64,000 bases of DNA, from positions 186,001 to 250,000 of the forward strand of contig NIVC01001561.1 in the NCBI GenBank assembly GCA_002269645.1, read 5' to 3'. Source of the stretch: Macrostomum lignano (taxonomy: Eukaryota). Of the stretch, positions 15,121 through 27,907 are shown in pieces. Positions within the stretch are counted from its first letter, which is position 1, and the number at the start of each line of letters is the position of its first letter. Both the position numbers and the translations under genes were made by a program. The notes below the pieces were generated by a model. That model did no database searches. It was not told the origin of the DNA and worked only from the letters and a program-made list of their open reading frames with translations.

Positions 15121-15984
15121 GCCCAAGTCTTCCACAATTGGTTTTGGTAGGGGGTGTACATCGCGCACCCACCTTTAATTCTGTCAGCTTTCTCAGATAT
15201 TTCATAAGTTTAGCTAACAAGCAACAATTTTGTGTACTGTGTACAGTACTGAGTCGGTATCTTTTATGCTCACTCAATTGGGTCACTACTGTAGATAGAG
15301 TTGAATTTCTCAAAGTTAAATCATCTATTGATGCTTGCTGGAAAAGATCTCGTTTATATTCGTAGCTTTAAAATTGTTTCAATTGATTTTTATGTACTAA
15401 CAACGTTTGGCACCTAATGGGCATAGACGACTGCAGCATGTCAATCTACAGTCTTCGTCTTGCATCTTTCGCATTGATTGCTAACTGACTGATTTTGCTC
15501 CCTGTGACTTCTGGCTCTTCCCGAAATTCAAAGAGCGGCTCATGGGGACGGTGGTTCGAATCCGCGATTCCAGGACTGCTTCGCGAAAGGAGGTCGCTGC
15601 AGGAGAGTATTTTGAAAAAGTGTAGCTTTTGATTGCTTTATAGGGTATTACCGTTTTGAGTGACTAAAGATTTTCAGCATAGCCCTCGTAATAGCTGTCT
15701 ATCTCGCTCGTATGCTAACTCTTACCACGGACTACTAAAGTAGACGATATGAACGACACACTTATAGTAGTCCGTGACTTTAACACATGCACTCTCCTTA
15801 TGGATCCCTAAGTGATAATTTACTAGTTAATCCTTAACGAGGCCCTTTATTCCTTAATTGAAATAGACGAGATGATCAGGTTATAGGGGATGGTTGAGTA
15901 TGTGCACTAATTTTGTGACACACTCGGCAACATGTTAAAGCTTCAACCCAGAAACCAGAGAAGTGGTCAACTTGTCTCATATCT

Positions 15985-16125
15985 CAGTAGGGGTGTTGGG
16001 ATCGGCAATTTTAGGGTAGGGTAGGCAACTTTTGTAGGGTACCCCTACACCGAGCCCCGAACCCCGAACCCCGAACCTGCAGGTACCAAAATTTGACCCG
16101 ACCCCGAACCTAACCCCGAACTTTT
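15985..16125 (+). mobile_element. Possible isolated DNA-transposon end (hAT-like TAGGGGTG) with CCCCGAA subterminal repeats
   Basis: TAGGGGTG at 15988, TAGGG repeats, 7-bp stem hairpin at 16033-16049, five CCCCGAA motifs; no partner end found. Confidence 0.35.
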
Positions 16126-17374
16126 TGATACTGAATTGGTCAATCATTTTAATAATCAGTAAATACGCTGTCTCATTAAAATACAGCGCTTTTTGTATTT
16201 TACTCTAATTGAAAACATTTTGGGTGCCGACGTAAGCTCAAAAACAAACAAAAGATATAAAGCTTTATTTTTCTTTATATAAGTGCAAATAATGACACAA
16301 TTCCGACCTTTCAGGAAATTTAAATGCGATTGTTTGACTACCTGGGGGAAAAGCGCTGACGCCACCGATTCCTGGAAAAAGTATGTTGGCCTTCGGTAAT
16401 TCCTTTTTCTATCTCACATTGAATAAAAAGTAAATAAAAAGATTGGCGCTTTTGACGAGTGAAACTTTTTAGTTCATTTTAGTCCTACTCGTATTAGTGC
16501 CTCGGCTCAAATTCTCGGCTCAAAGAAAAAACACCTCAAACTTTATTCTGCTTTTCCCATACATGTACATACAGTGCAGCTTTCCCATTCAATGCGATAC
16601 ACTCATTACACATACACTTGTCGGCCTGGCTGATCGGTTCACTAATTTTAAAAATTCACAAATCACGAATTTAATTTTGATTGAAACATGCGCAGTTCAA
16701 ACCAGGGTTGGTGGTGCAATTTGCTTCACACAATAAGAGCTGGTGTGAGAAGAGAGGAGAGCTAGCTATGGCTGTATAAATTAAGTTGGATTAAAGCTGC
16801 CACTTGTTGATCACTGGATTCGTGCTGGAAACTTAAAAATGTTGCTAATTAAGGCTGTTTCACACCATCAAATAAGACCTAATTTGACTCATTTGTACAT
16901 CGGTCGAGGGATTTGGTGGCATGGCTCCTTTGATGGCAGCGTGAATAAGCCTCAAGTGTACATGTACTATTATAGTACCAGGGACTTGACTTGTACATGT
17001 ATATACAGGTAGAAAACCTGAAGGCATTCAATTTCACGATTTGGTTAATTAATTAAGATGCATGATTAGAGCCCCATCGATTCAACCATCGATTAATTCT
17101 GTCTAGCTTTGCTAGTGAGTTCAGTTCTTATTAGTTGGGTAGCGTAACTTCGTTAAAACAGCACAATAGTATACAGGTGACCGACAATACTGTATGCCAA
17201 ATTTGAAAAACTAGCGTATACATACATGTAATACTGTTTCTCATAAATACATGTTAGCTTCCACTCCGATTCCATTCATTCTTATTGCATGAAAAACACT
17301 GCTTCATGCAACTCACAGCCCGCGATTAGACCAAAGAATGTAAGATCCATGGATTAGGCATTAGGCTCATATAT

Positions 17375-20300
17375 GGGTCGTTCGCAAATTCTAGGAGGAG
17401 CAAAAATTTTAACAATTTTCCGAACATTTACTATTGTTACTGCCATATTTAAAATAATAGGACACTTTTATCTGTGAATAAAGATAACTTTTGGGTTGAA
17501 CTTTATCATGCAAAAGTGTTTTTAATCATCTGGCGGTATTAAGCGATAATTAGCGATGAAAAAATTCAAATTCAATCATTTCACCGATGTTAATTTTTGA
17601 TACTACAAGATGTCTGTAGCTAAAAAAAGTTGTTGTTGTGTTGAAACCTTGCTATATTACATTTAAAATGAAAGCTTATATAAATTTAATTTAAGATTTT
17701 TTTAAAGCTTAATAAACTGCACTATAAATTATTTTATAGACGCTTAACTGTACGCCTAGCATTTCCGGTGGGATAGCCTCTTCTCATCTCACAAAATGTA
17801 TTTTTCAGCTGACGTCTAGAATGTGCGCTTAAAATGATACATTTTGATGCAGATAATTAGAAAAACATGTCTTATTATCTTTTTGTAAAAAATTGTTATG
17901 AAATAGAGCACTATTGTTGATAAAAATAATTAAAAGCAACCATGCATCGCAATAAACTCCTACTTTGAAGCACAAAATAAATATCCTGTAACCACACTAG
18001 CATTCTCCATGGAGCACCTTTTGAGCTGAAATTTTACACAGATATCCAGTAAAGTAAACTGAGCAAATGATTTTTTTTGTTTTTGAAAATACTTCAATTT
18101 GGCTATGTATCAGTTAGTTCATTGGACATATTTATTATATTTTTATTAGAATCCTTGTAACCAAGCTACAGAGAAACATGTGCAAAACTGGACCTTGAAA
18201 TTTGACCTGAATGATCAGCAAATGTGTATCTCGAAATGATTTTTTTTTGTTTTCATCAAGTCATTCTATGCTAATTTTTTCTGAAGGGAAAGATACCATG
18301 TATTTAGAGTCAATAGGGGAAGCATTTAGACTTATTCAATAGTCATTAAAATTGCAACTATATTATTATAATACAGTAATAATATTATACATGTATTATA
18401 TAGTAATATTAACTTCTAAGATGCCCTTATAAATTTAAGTAAAGACAACAGGCCTTAATTAATTAATCAGCATTTTGAAGAAACTGACCTTATACAGATG
18501 GGCCCCAAGCTAAGAAATGAATGTAGAGCTTATTTCGTGTAAGGTATAAAAATCAATTTATTATAATATTAAATACTCCTAATAAATTGGTTAAATTAGT
18601 TATTTACCTTGAATTAATTTAATTTAATAATTAAATATATAAGTTTGTTTCACTTCTTACTGCATTTAAATAGAGTACCTCTCTACTATACTATAGAAGT
18701 ATAGTAAAAGTACATGGTAAAAAAGTATAGTAAAAAATTTTCTTTGGTTTAATCCCAGCTTGCCTCAGTTTTTTAGTCTTAATACGAGCTAGATAGTAAG
18801 TGTTGATTAATTTGCTCCATCACCTTTTGCCACGGAAACAGCACATGTCGGACATGCAACACTCTTCCTGATCCCTGGATCCAAGATGACTGCTTCTGCT
18901 TCTTCAATGCTTGAAAACTGAGCTCATGGAGCTTTAGGTTATGCTGTCAGAGTGCTGCTGCCGGTGCTGTGTGTGTATGTGTGTGTCTTCTGCGGGTAGG
19001 TTCCCTGTCCCTCAGTTTAGCCACTGTTGTGGGCTAACTGGAGGAATTGCCGTTGTCGGTGCTGCAGGTGGCACTGCATGGTAGTATTGACGCTGTCAGT
19101 GACGCTGGCAAAGGCTTGGACGAAGCTAGGTGCCGTCATTGTCAGGAGGACATGCGTGTGCTGCTTAGACCAGTGCGCACATTCGACTGGACTCGTATCT
19201 GGTGCAGTCTGGTGTATTCACTGAGATTGTGTGGATCTGCCTCCTCGCATCACCTCAACCAGGCTCAATTTCTTTTGTAGAATTTTCGTGCGCTGCTTAA
19301 CTGCATCTTGTGCCTGCTGAGTGATGCCAAGAATTGTGCCACACAATAATTTGGCCCATAAACTACTCGTATATTATACATATGTATGCACAGCACACAC
19401 ACACGCAGTTCATTCATATTAAATGTACTAGTTTATTGAATTCTCATCTCATGAGCTCTAGTCTATGGACAAACCTGAAATTACTAGAATATCTAGATAG
19501 ATCTAAACTTATTTGAGCAGCGCGCTGCGCTGCGAGCAAATACATGTAGATTCCTTAGCGCAACTAATTAATAGTGTAGTACAGTCTACAGCCTGAAGTA
19601 GCCTGTGTAAGATGCGGAGGGATGATTTTTGCATAGGAAGCCACTACGGTAAGGTTGATGGAACTATGGGGAGGTGAGAGATTCAAAGCGAGGGACGGAA
19701 GCCATGCATAGTTCGATCATAAGTTTGATTACTGCATGAGTCTGGGGATGCATTAACGAGAGGCGGACGAGAGCATAGAAATAAAGCGGGCTAAATATAT
19801 TAATACACAAAATTACATGTACTAGCTTGTAATTTCAGAATGGTCAGCGACTCCTCCGATTTGTATCCGCGACCGCGTGCCCACAAATCCCCTGGCAGAC
19901 CCTGTCGCAGTTGGTGGTTGTGCACAGAATAAATGTTAATTTTCGAGCTTCTCTGCAAAAAATGCGTGATGCACTCAAGATGCGTGCTAAAGTCTACTTC
20001 TTTGATTGATGGCTGGGTTTTGCCTTTTCGCTTGTGATCATCAAAAGCTTGGGCGTCATTGCTACTGGTGTTTCAGTGTGCGCATTATGTCTGGTTATCA
20101 TATTATGTGCATGTGCAGTGTCTTTTACCTACATTTTTGTTTGTCTCTGTTTCCTGCATGCTCTTTCGCATTTTTACACCTCGCACATCCTCATTTTTCT
20201 CAATTAACAAGTGAAATCTTTTCTTAAAGACTAATTGCTATTTCAGTTAAGCTAGTAGGTTTTTGGTAATTAAATAATTCAATTTTGTCTATTTTCCAAA

Positions 20301-23300
20301 AAGTTTCAAAAAATGAATTAATAAAAATAAATTTGAATTATTTTAAGTTAATTGGAGTAAAATGTCTAATAAGTAACCATAATTTTTTATTTTAAGTACA
20401 TGTAGCTTTGGTATAAGTATTAATGTAATGAGTACTTAAAGTAAAATCAAGCAAGTTATAGTTTTCAGAAATTATGCTACAAATAATCAAATATATACTA
20501 GTATCCGAATTCCTTTATTAAGGAACATGCAGTCGATATTAAATCCACAATTTGCTTTTTGGTTTTCAAGGATAGTTCCCTGACTTTTTCTATTATTAGT
20601 TAGATTTTATTATATTTAATGTAAAAATGAACAATTCTATTCAAGGTAAAAATGAACATTCTTTATTTGTCGAATCATCTTGCCTTTGAAAAGATACATA
20701 GTGAAAACTTGATTTTTAATTCAACCTTTCAAGACTTATTTAGACTTCTTAATTCAGTGATTAGTTAAACTGATCGAAGTTCTTTCGAGTGCATGCTATA
20801 ATAATTTCGCACTTTTTCGCACACGATAATTTTAAATGTCTGGGATTTAGAGCAGAGTAACAAAATGCTGTGCTCAAAAACATTTCCTTTGTCAATTTCT
20901 TGTTCTTTTATTTTTGCAAAAGAAATTTAACTGCATATTTAAAATAAAAATGGAAGAACATTTTATTTTCTGTTTAATATTTTTGTCGTTTATTTTCCGC
21001 AACAAAGAATAACAAATAGCCTTGATTTCTTCTCAATTTCAAGTTTTCTTGTGGTTTTAGTAGCAGGGTCGTTCTTAAAGTTTAGTCGTAAGCAGTGAAA
21101 CAAATATTTTTGAAAATCAGCCTGAAATATTAAATCTTTTCTTATTGTAGCTCTAAAAGGACTTAAAATATAAATGCCTCTCATGGGTCTTAATCTTTTT
21201 TAACATTGAACTTTTGATGTTAATCTCAACAGAGTGCGCTATTTCATTTTTCGATATATATTTTTATTATCGCACGAGCTATAATACCCACTTTAGAGAA
21301 GCTACATTCTGTTCACGTGGTCTTATTAAAGAAGAAAATTGATAAATGTTATTTATATCTTTGGTTAGCACAACCTAGAACCCATTTAACTCTTTCGATT
21401 GCAAAGCAGATGTTGTTATTTCGATTTTCGCTAGAAACGTAACATTATTAATGATTAAAAAATCCACTTTTAATTAATTTGTTCTGTTGATGGAATCAGC
21501 TAATAGCTGCGTTTTCTGATGTTTTTTAAGAAAGATAGTCATATCTAACACTAAAGTATCAATTAAGGCAGTTTCATTCAATATTAAAAAAGAAAAGTTA
21601 ATAAAATTCAATTTTAAGTTTTTTTCAATAGCACAAAATTAACCTAACAAAGAGAGATTTAGCTGACTACAACAAAGCAAGTAGCACCAAAGTTATTTTA
21701 ATTCAAAGTCCTCATCTGTGGGATGAGAAAAAGTACCACTTTTTTGTCTCTAGTTATGAAAAAAAATTTTCTCAGCACATTGTTAGGTTTTTTGGATGTT
21801 TTTTATGTATTTAGATGAATTTTTGCTATTGATCACCCAATACGAGCGTATGTTAGTCAGAACAAACAGAATTTGATTTATGTAGATAAAATTGACTATT
21901 TTTCTCTTAAAAACAGTCGTTTTTTGTTGTTTTCACTCAAAAAATTTTTTAACTGATTTAAAATTTGTATTGTAAGTTACAAGTAAACATAATGAGTCAA
22001 AACAAGAGGTAGTAGAAACTGAAAAGAAAATAAGAGTAACGAATAATAAAAAAGTTGCATGATTTGATCAGTCAAGAAATAGTATTAAAACAATTTTGCA
22101 TCTGATTTATTATCAATGAAATTATCTGTCTGAAGCACAAAAAATTAATTTCTTTGAAACATTAAATTCATTCTCATATGTGCTGCACTTCATTAAAGAT
22201 ATACATGTAGCAACTTAAACATTCAGTTGATACTTTGCACCTTTGGATGCATATAGCTACTAACAAAAAAAAGATAAAAGAAAAAACTTAATTGCCATTG
22301 ATGCTGACAATGTAATATTAAATATGGTACAGAAAGATGGAATCTCTACAGAGTGCTGCCACACGAATTTGTGAAGTGTTTAACAGATTAGTCATGGCAG
22401 TCCCATAACAGACATACTATATTTTATATTTACTCTTCGATTGACAATTACGCTTTAGATATGTTTTAGATGATGATTTTCCATTGGGACTGACTCTATA
22501 TATACCGAGGCCGGACACAGTTAAGTGCGGCTGACAGCACTGAAGCGGCGATAAACAGAGAATGCGATGAGCTGTGGCCTGTGGAGACAGCCATCTGATG
22601 TACGAGCATCAGTAGAAGGGAAAGAAATCCAATAGTGTCTTGCTATTGGTTTGTTACATGTACAGCGAACATCTACTTTTATTCTAATGTGATCGATTTA
22701 ATTCTACTGACCCAATTGGCTAAAGCACTGTAAACTGCACACATCTCGGACGGATATGTAATGCCATTTGCTGCACTTTTACCTGTTTCTCTGCCAGAAC
22801 ACCAGCATCATTGTATGTGCCACAATGCTAAGATGTGCAGCGGTCCTTTGGATGTGGTTAGTTCTGCAGGCATCGACGTAATTTATCAAATGAGACGAAT
22901 TGTATACCGAGCATGACAGCTAGTGCAGGGCCAGAATTGATTACAGAGGTTCGCCAGAGCAATTGCAGTGATCCATGTGGCTGCCAAGTCAGACGTCTGT
23001 AATAGGCCAACTCACCAAGACCAAAGTATTTAATTTAAATTTATGGCTCTGTTCTTTTAGTAGTTATGCAGCCTAATTACATAAGAAAATAGTATTGTAA
23101 AATAGTAAAATAGTATTAAAGCTATGTTGCAGAATATAAATGCTTGCTGAATTCTTTTTCAAAAAAACGCAAGTCTGTTCGAAAAAAAGATACATGTATT
23201 TTAGGTTTTAAAAGAAATGGCTTCCTAGCTCATTTACTATATATTTCTAATTCAAAGAACTTTTAATGCTTTAAAAGACATATTTTGCAAGCCTAATTTT

Positions 23301-23867
23301 TAGCTAAACCAGTTTTGTAGATTTTAAGCTTCATATTTCAGTGTTAAGTACAATAATTAAGTTCTTGAGTGGTACAATATCAATTATTTCGGGTGTTTCT
23401 TGTTACGCGATAATTTTAAATACAAGCAATTTAGACGAAAAAAACAAAATGCTGATTTAAAAATAATATTTTCTATTGAAATAATACTTATTAAATAGTA
23501 AACATAAAATAAAAATGTTTCTTATTTATAAAAAATAAAAGAAAACTTGCATTATTTCACAATTTTTGGTCGTTTTATTTTCCGTTGCGAAAAATAACAA
23601 ATTGCTAGATTTCGTCTTAAATATTTGGTTTCTTGTGGTTTTAACGGCAGTTTCTTAATTAAATTGACGAAAGAATCGTTTTTGCAAAATAATTACTTTA
23701 TTCAAAAACTTTTTTTTCTGTACCAAAACATCATGACCTTAATTTGAGAACTACCCAGCAGCTTCTTACAGAAATTGTCGAAAGAATTTTTTTTGTACGA
23801 TTATTGGTCGATGTATAAACTTTTTTTGCAATAACAAAAAGTTGTGACCTAGCTTTGAGAACGACCC
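17375..23867. mobile_element. Putative non-autonomous TIR DNA transposon, 6493 bp, ATAT target-site duplication
   Basis: Left ATAT|GGGTCGTTCGCAAA (17371-17388); right TTTGAGAACGACCC|ATAT (23854-23871); 13/14 inverted match, extending inward to CTAGG with one indel. No transposase ORF seen. Confidence 0.6.
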
Positions 23868-25155
23868 ATATAATTGAGATGAAATCTTTTCAATCAGATT
23901 TTACAATTAAAAAAAATCTTGAACAAGGTAAAGATAAACAAAAATGCATTAAAAAACTAGCTGATACTAACATTTTTTCTTGTTTTAGTTAACTCTTATG
24001 TGTTTTTCATGTTCACAATGGGCTATATAGGCACTCTTGGCGTAAAACAATATATGGATGATTTATGATTTTCCGGTGTTATGAGTAACAGTCGCTAACC
24101 AAAATGAAAATATTCGAATATCTACTACCTATGCTAGCGTACAGCCTTCCAGCCTTCCAGGTATATATGCAATCAAATCCAAGTTCGTCTATGGATTATA
24201 AATTTTTAGTACATGGATACGTCCCTATCAGTTGATACAATCACTAGCTACCTAGCCTTATCATTATGATAGTGGCTAATTCAGAGCTTTAGTAGTAGGC
24301 TTTTAGGCTTCGTAAGGTCTAGGCCTACTTGATTTTTTAATAACTGTGTAATTACGAAGAAGGCATCTAGGCAGCAGCTACGCTTATCGCTATACTACAC
24401 TACATGTAGATTAGCTAGCCTAATTAAAAAATAGGTCTAGGGATAGGTCCAGCCAGCCTATAGCCAGGCCCTATTTATATAGTTCTAGTCATTAGGCCCC
24501 CCTAAGGTCGCCTAAGGCCCCCTAAGTTCTTGCAATCTTGGTTCTAATGTAAGATGCTGCCAATCGTCTTAAATCTATTAGTATTATCTATAGGCCTATT
24601 TCTATTTTTTGAGTTGTCTAGACAAAATCAATAAATAACATTGATATTCTATAATAGTAGGCCTATTCTAGCAAATTGTACTTGTACAACTAGGCTAGGT
24701 AGGCCTATAGATAGGGACTTCAGTGAGGTTTTTAAAACTAAAGATTAGGCCATTTTTTGTACTTCATCATATAGATCCATGCTTTATGAATATGAGCATG
24801 GACCATGGTGACATTTCATTTATAAAAATTGGTTGGGTATTAAAAAAGTTATGGTACATTTTGTGCTATATTTTTTGTACTAGCTCATAATGTATTTTTT
24901 CCATAGATAGATGTTATCAATTCATAGTTAGGCCCTAGCAAAAATCAGTTTGCTATGCTTACATATTGTCTTTTTTGCCTTACTATTTAGCCTATATAAA
25001 TGTTGATAGGCTTACTGTCCTAGTTTCCCATATTAAACTATTTTGACATGAAAATTTTCAACAATTGAACCATTTGAAGCAATTTTATTAAACTCTATAT
25101 AAAGCATTAGGCCTACTTAAGATATATATATATATCTGCTAAAAAGTTGGGTATT

Positions 25156-25814
25156 ATGTTGGGTATTATGATTAAAAATTGATGAATCGCAGCTTGACAA
25201 AGATTATATTGATAGATTGACGTTGAAAAGAAAGGATTTTGATGGAATTCAGTTTCATGAAAAGAATTTGATAAAGTTCTATTTCACAGACGATTTCAAT
25301 GACTTTCAGTTTCCCAAAGAAAATTTTGATAGATTTCTGTTTCATTGAAAAGATTTCGATGGTTTTCAATTTCACAGAAAGGACTTCATTGGTTGTCAGC
25401 TTCACGGAGAGGCTTTTGATTATGTTGTGTTGTGTTCTATTATTCAATGAAAAGTTTTTTGGTAGAGTTTTGTTCAACAAAAAGGACTTAAAAGTATTTT
25501 CTGTTTTATAGAATGGATTTTGATGGATTTTGCGCCTTCACTCAGTCAGAGAAGCAATTAGAGATGAGAGAGAAGAGGGGAGTAAGGTAGGAATGAAAAG
25601 GAGAAAGAAGAGAAGAGGAGAGAGGAAATGAGAGAAGAGATATGAGATAGCAGAGAGAGACAAAAGAGATGAGAAGAGAGAAGAAAGAGGGATAAAAGTG
25701 TACAGAGGAAATAGAAGAGAGGAGAGAGTAGAAACAAAAGGCAGGGGAGAAGAAATAAATAGAGGAGTAAAGATGACAGGGTAGAGAGGAGAGAGAAGCA
25801 AGAGGAGAGACAAG
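25156..25814 (+). repeat. 659-bp direct duplication, copy 1 (copy 2 at 27249-27907)
   Basis: Offset 2093 bp; only 2 mismatches noticed; the ORF track also shows twin ORFs at 25172/27265, 25299/27392. Confidence 0.95.
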
Positions 25815-27132
25815 CCTAAAAGCCATATATATATACAAGTCTTTGAACTGTGTAGGCCTATGTCTTATAAATGGTTCCAGCTAAAGTTGTCATATATTTG
25901 AGATTGTCATCTGCAGCTTACAAGAAAAACAACTAAATTAAGCTTATCTAAATTGTCATTATCTCAATATTATATTGGACAATGCTGCATTCACTAAATT
26001 GTCATATTGTGTTGCATTGGCTGCGCAAGGATCTTAGCTCATGGTGGCTGCATGTTTTTGTTTGCCAACAAATTAAAATGATTTATAACTTAAGGCTTAG
26101 GCCTATTCAAACTACTATCAAATGACCTATCAAAATCATATAGTCAAATACAAAGGAATCAAATTAAACAAGCCTTTATAGGCCAGGGCAATAATCTCAA
26201 TCATGTATGTACATTGTGTACCTTGTACAATGTAACAGTATAGGCCCCTACATTTAGTTCTATGATCTCACAATAGTGTACATATGTTTATATTGCAATA
26301 ATGAGAATCCTAATACTAAAACTGACATGTTGTTTGTGTATTGCAAGTGAACTCCTACAATACTGCCAAGTCAGCATCAAAACTTATATGGGAAGACTGC
26401 AACTTTTCCAGATTAGGCTTTAGGCTATTTTAATTTTTAATTTTCACATATTAATATTACTAAAAAATAGAAAACAGCTTTTAACCTTTTGGCCCTTCTG
26501 CCTTACCAGTAAGATAGTTGGTGGTCAGTTTGTAAAAAACCTCCCCAACCTTTGCCCGCGGGTTGCTGTATATTGGGGGGGGTGTGCATGTTCTGCGTTC
26601 AATGCAAATAAAAACCCCGCGTGTTGGGGGTGCAATTAAATTTAATGATTCCCCTAGTAAAAGGGGTTGGGCTTGGGCTGAGTATATATAGCAATGTACA
26701 GTATAAACAGATAGGACTGTGTTGATATTCAATTGGTTTTATTTTTGGTCCTATGTTATTAGCTAGGCAGTGAAATTCAATGAACAAACTTGGGAAGTTG
26801 CAAGCCTCTCAGGCAAGCAGTCAGGAAATTGGGAAGTTTAAAATGCTAACTGTTCCTTGAGTTTTAAACTTTGAGAGAAGAGACTTATATTGCTAGAAAG
26901 AGCTTGCAACGCTGAGTTCGGGGATATAAGTTTCTTGCTTTAAACATGAAAACAAAAAGCATAGCATTCAAGAAAAAATCATTCTTTTAACTTTCTGAGA
27001 CGTGTTCTGGTATACAATTCAATTAAAACACCCAGTGTTGGGAGTGGCGGCAATAGGGCTCGGTGTACACAGTGAATGCCCAATAAAGGCTACAGATAGC
27101 AATGAAATGAAAGAACAATGAAATTATGGTAG

Positions 27133-27164
27133 CCCTAACCCTAACCCTAACTCCTACCCTAACC
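27133..27164. repeat. Short interstitial telomere-like tract (CCCTAA)3 CTCCTA CCCTAA
   Basis: Direct reading. Confidence 0.8.
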
Positions 27165-27248
27165 ACTGATGCCTTTAACTTGAATAAGTATGGAAAGCAT
27201 CTTTTGGATCTCTATTTAGCAGTTGTGATAGACTGCAATTACATGGAG

Positions 27249-27907
27249 ATGTTGGGTATTATGATTAAAAATTGATGAATCGCAGCTTGACAAAGATTAT
27301 ATTGATAGATTGACGTTGAAAAGAAAGGATTTTGATGGAATTCAGTTTCATGAAAAGAATTTGATGAAGTTCTATTTCACAGACGATTTCAATGACTTTC
27401 AGTTTCCCAAAGAAAATTTTGATAGATTTCTGTTTCATTGAAAAGATTTCGATGGTTTTCAATTTCACAGAAAGGACTTCATTGGTTGTCAGCTTCACGG
27501 AGAGGCTTTTGATTATGTTGTGTTGTGTTCTATTATTCAATGAAAAGTTTTTTGGTAGAGTTTTGTTCAACAAAAAGGACTTAAAAGTATTTTCTGTTTT
27601 ATAGAATGGATTTTGATGGATTTTGCGCCTTCACTCAGTCAGAGAAGCAATTAGAGATGAGAGAGAAGAGGGGAGTAAGGTAGGAATGAAAAGGAGAAAG
27701 AAGAGAAGAGGAGAGAGGAAATGAGAGAAGAGATATGAGATAGCAGAGAGAGACAAAAGAGATGAGAAGAGAGAAGAAAGAGGGATAAGAGTGTACAGAG
27801 GAAATAGAAGAGAGGAGAGAGTAGAAACAAAAGGCAGGGGAGAAGAAATAAATAGAGGAGTAAAGATGACAGGGTAGAGAGGAGAGAGAAGCAAGAGGAG
27901 AGACAAG
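27249..27907 (+). repeat. 659-bp direct duplication, copy 2; its GA-rich tail continues to about 28520
   Basis: Near-identical to 25156-25814. Confidence 0.95.

Noticed and set aside
15500-15570. Pol III B-box GGTTCGAATCC at 15553 (tRNA/SINE?)
   Set aside because: No convincing A-box or cloverleaf; only a 4-bp T-stem. tRNAscan-SE would settle it.
27133-27164. True telomere or chromosome-fusion scar
   Set aside because: Only about 5 hexamers in one orientation; too short to support this.
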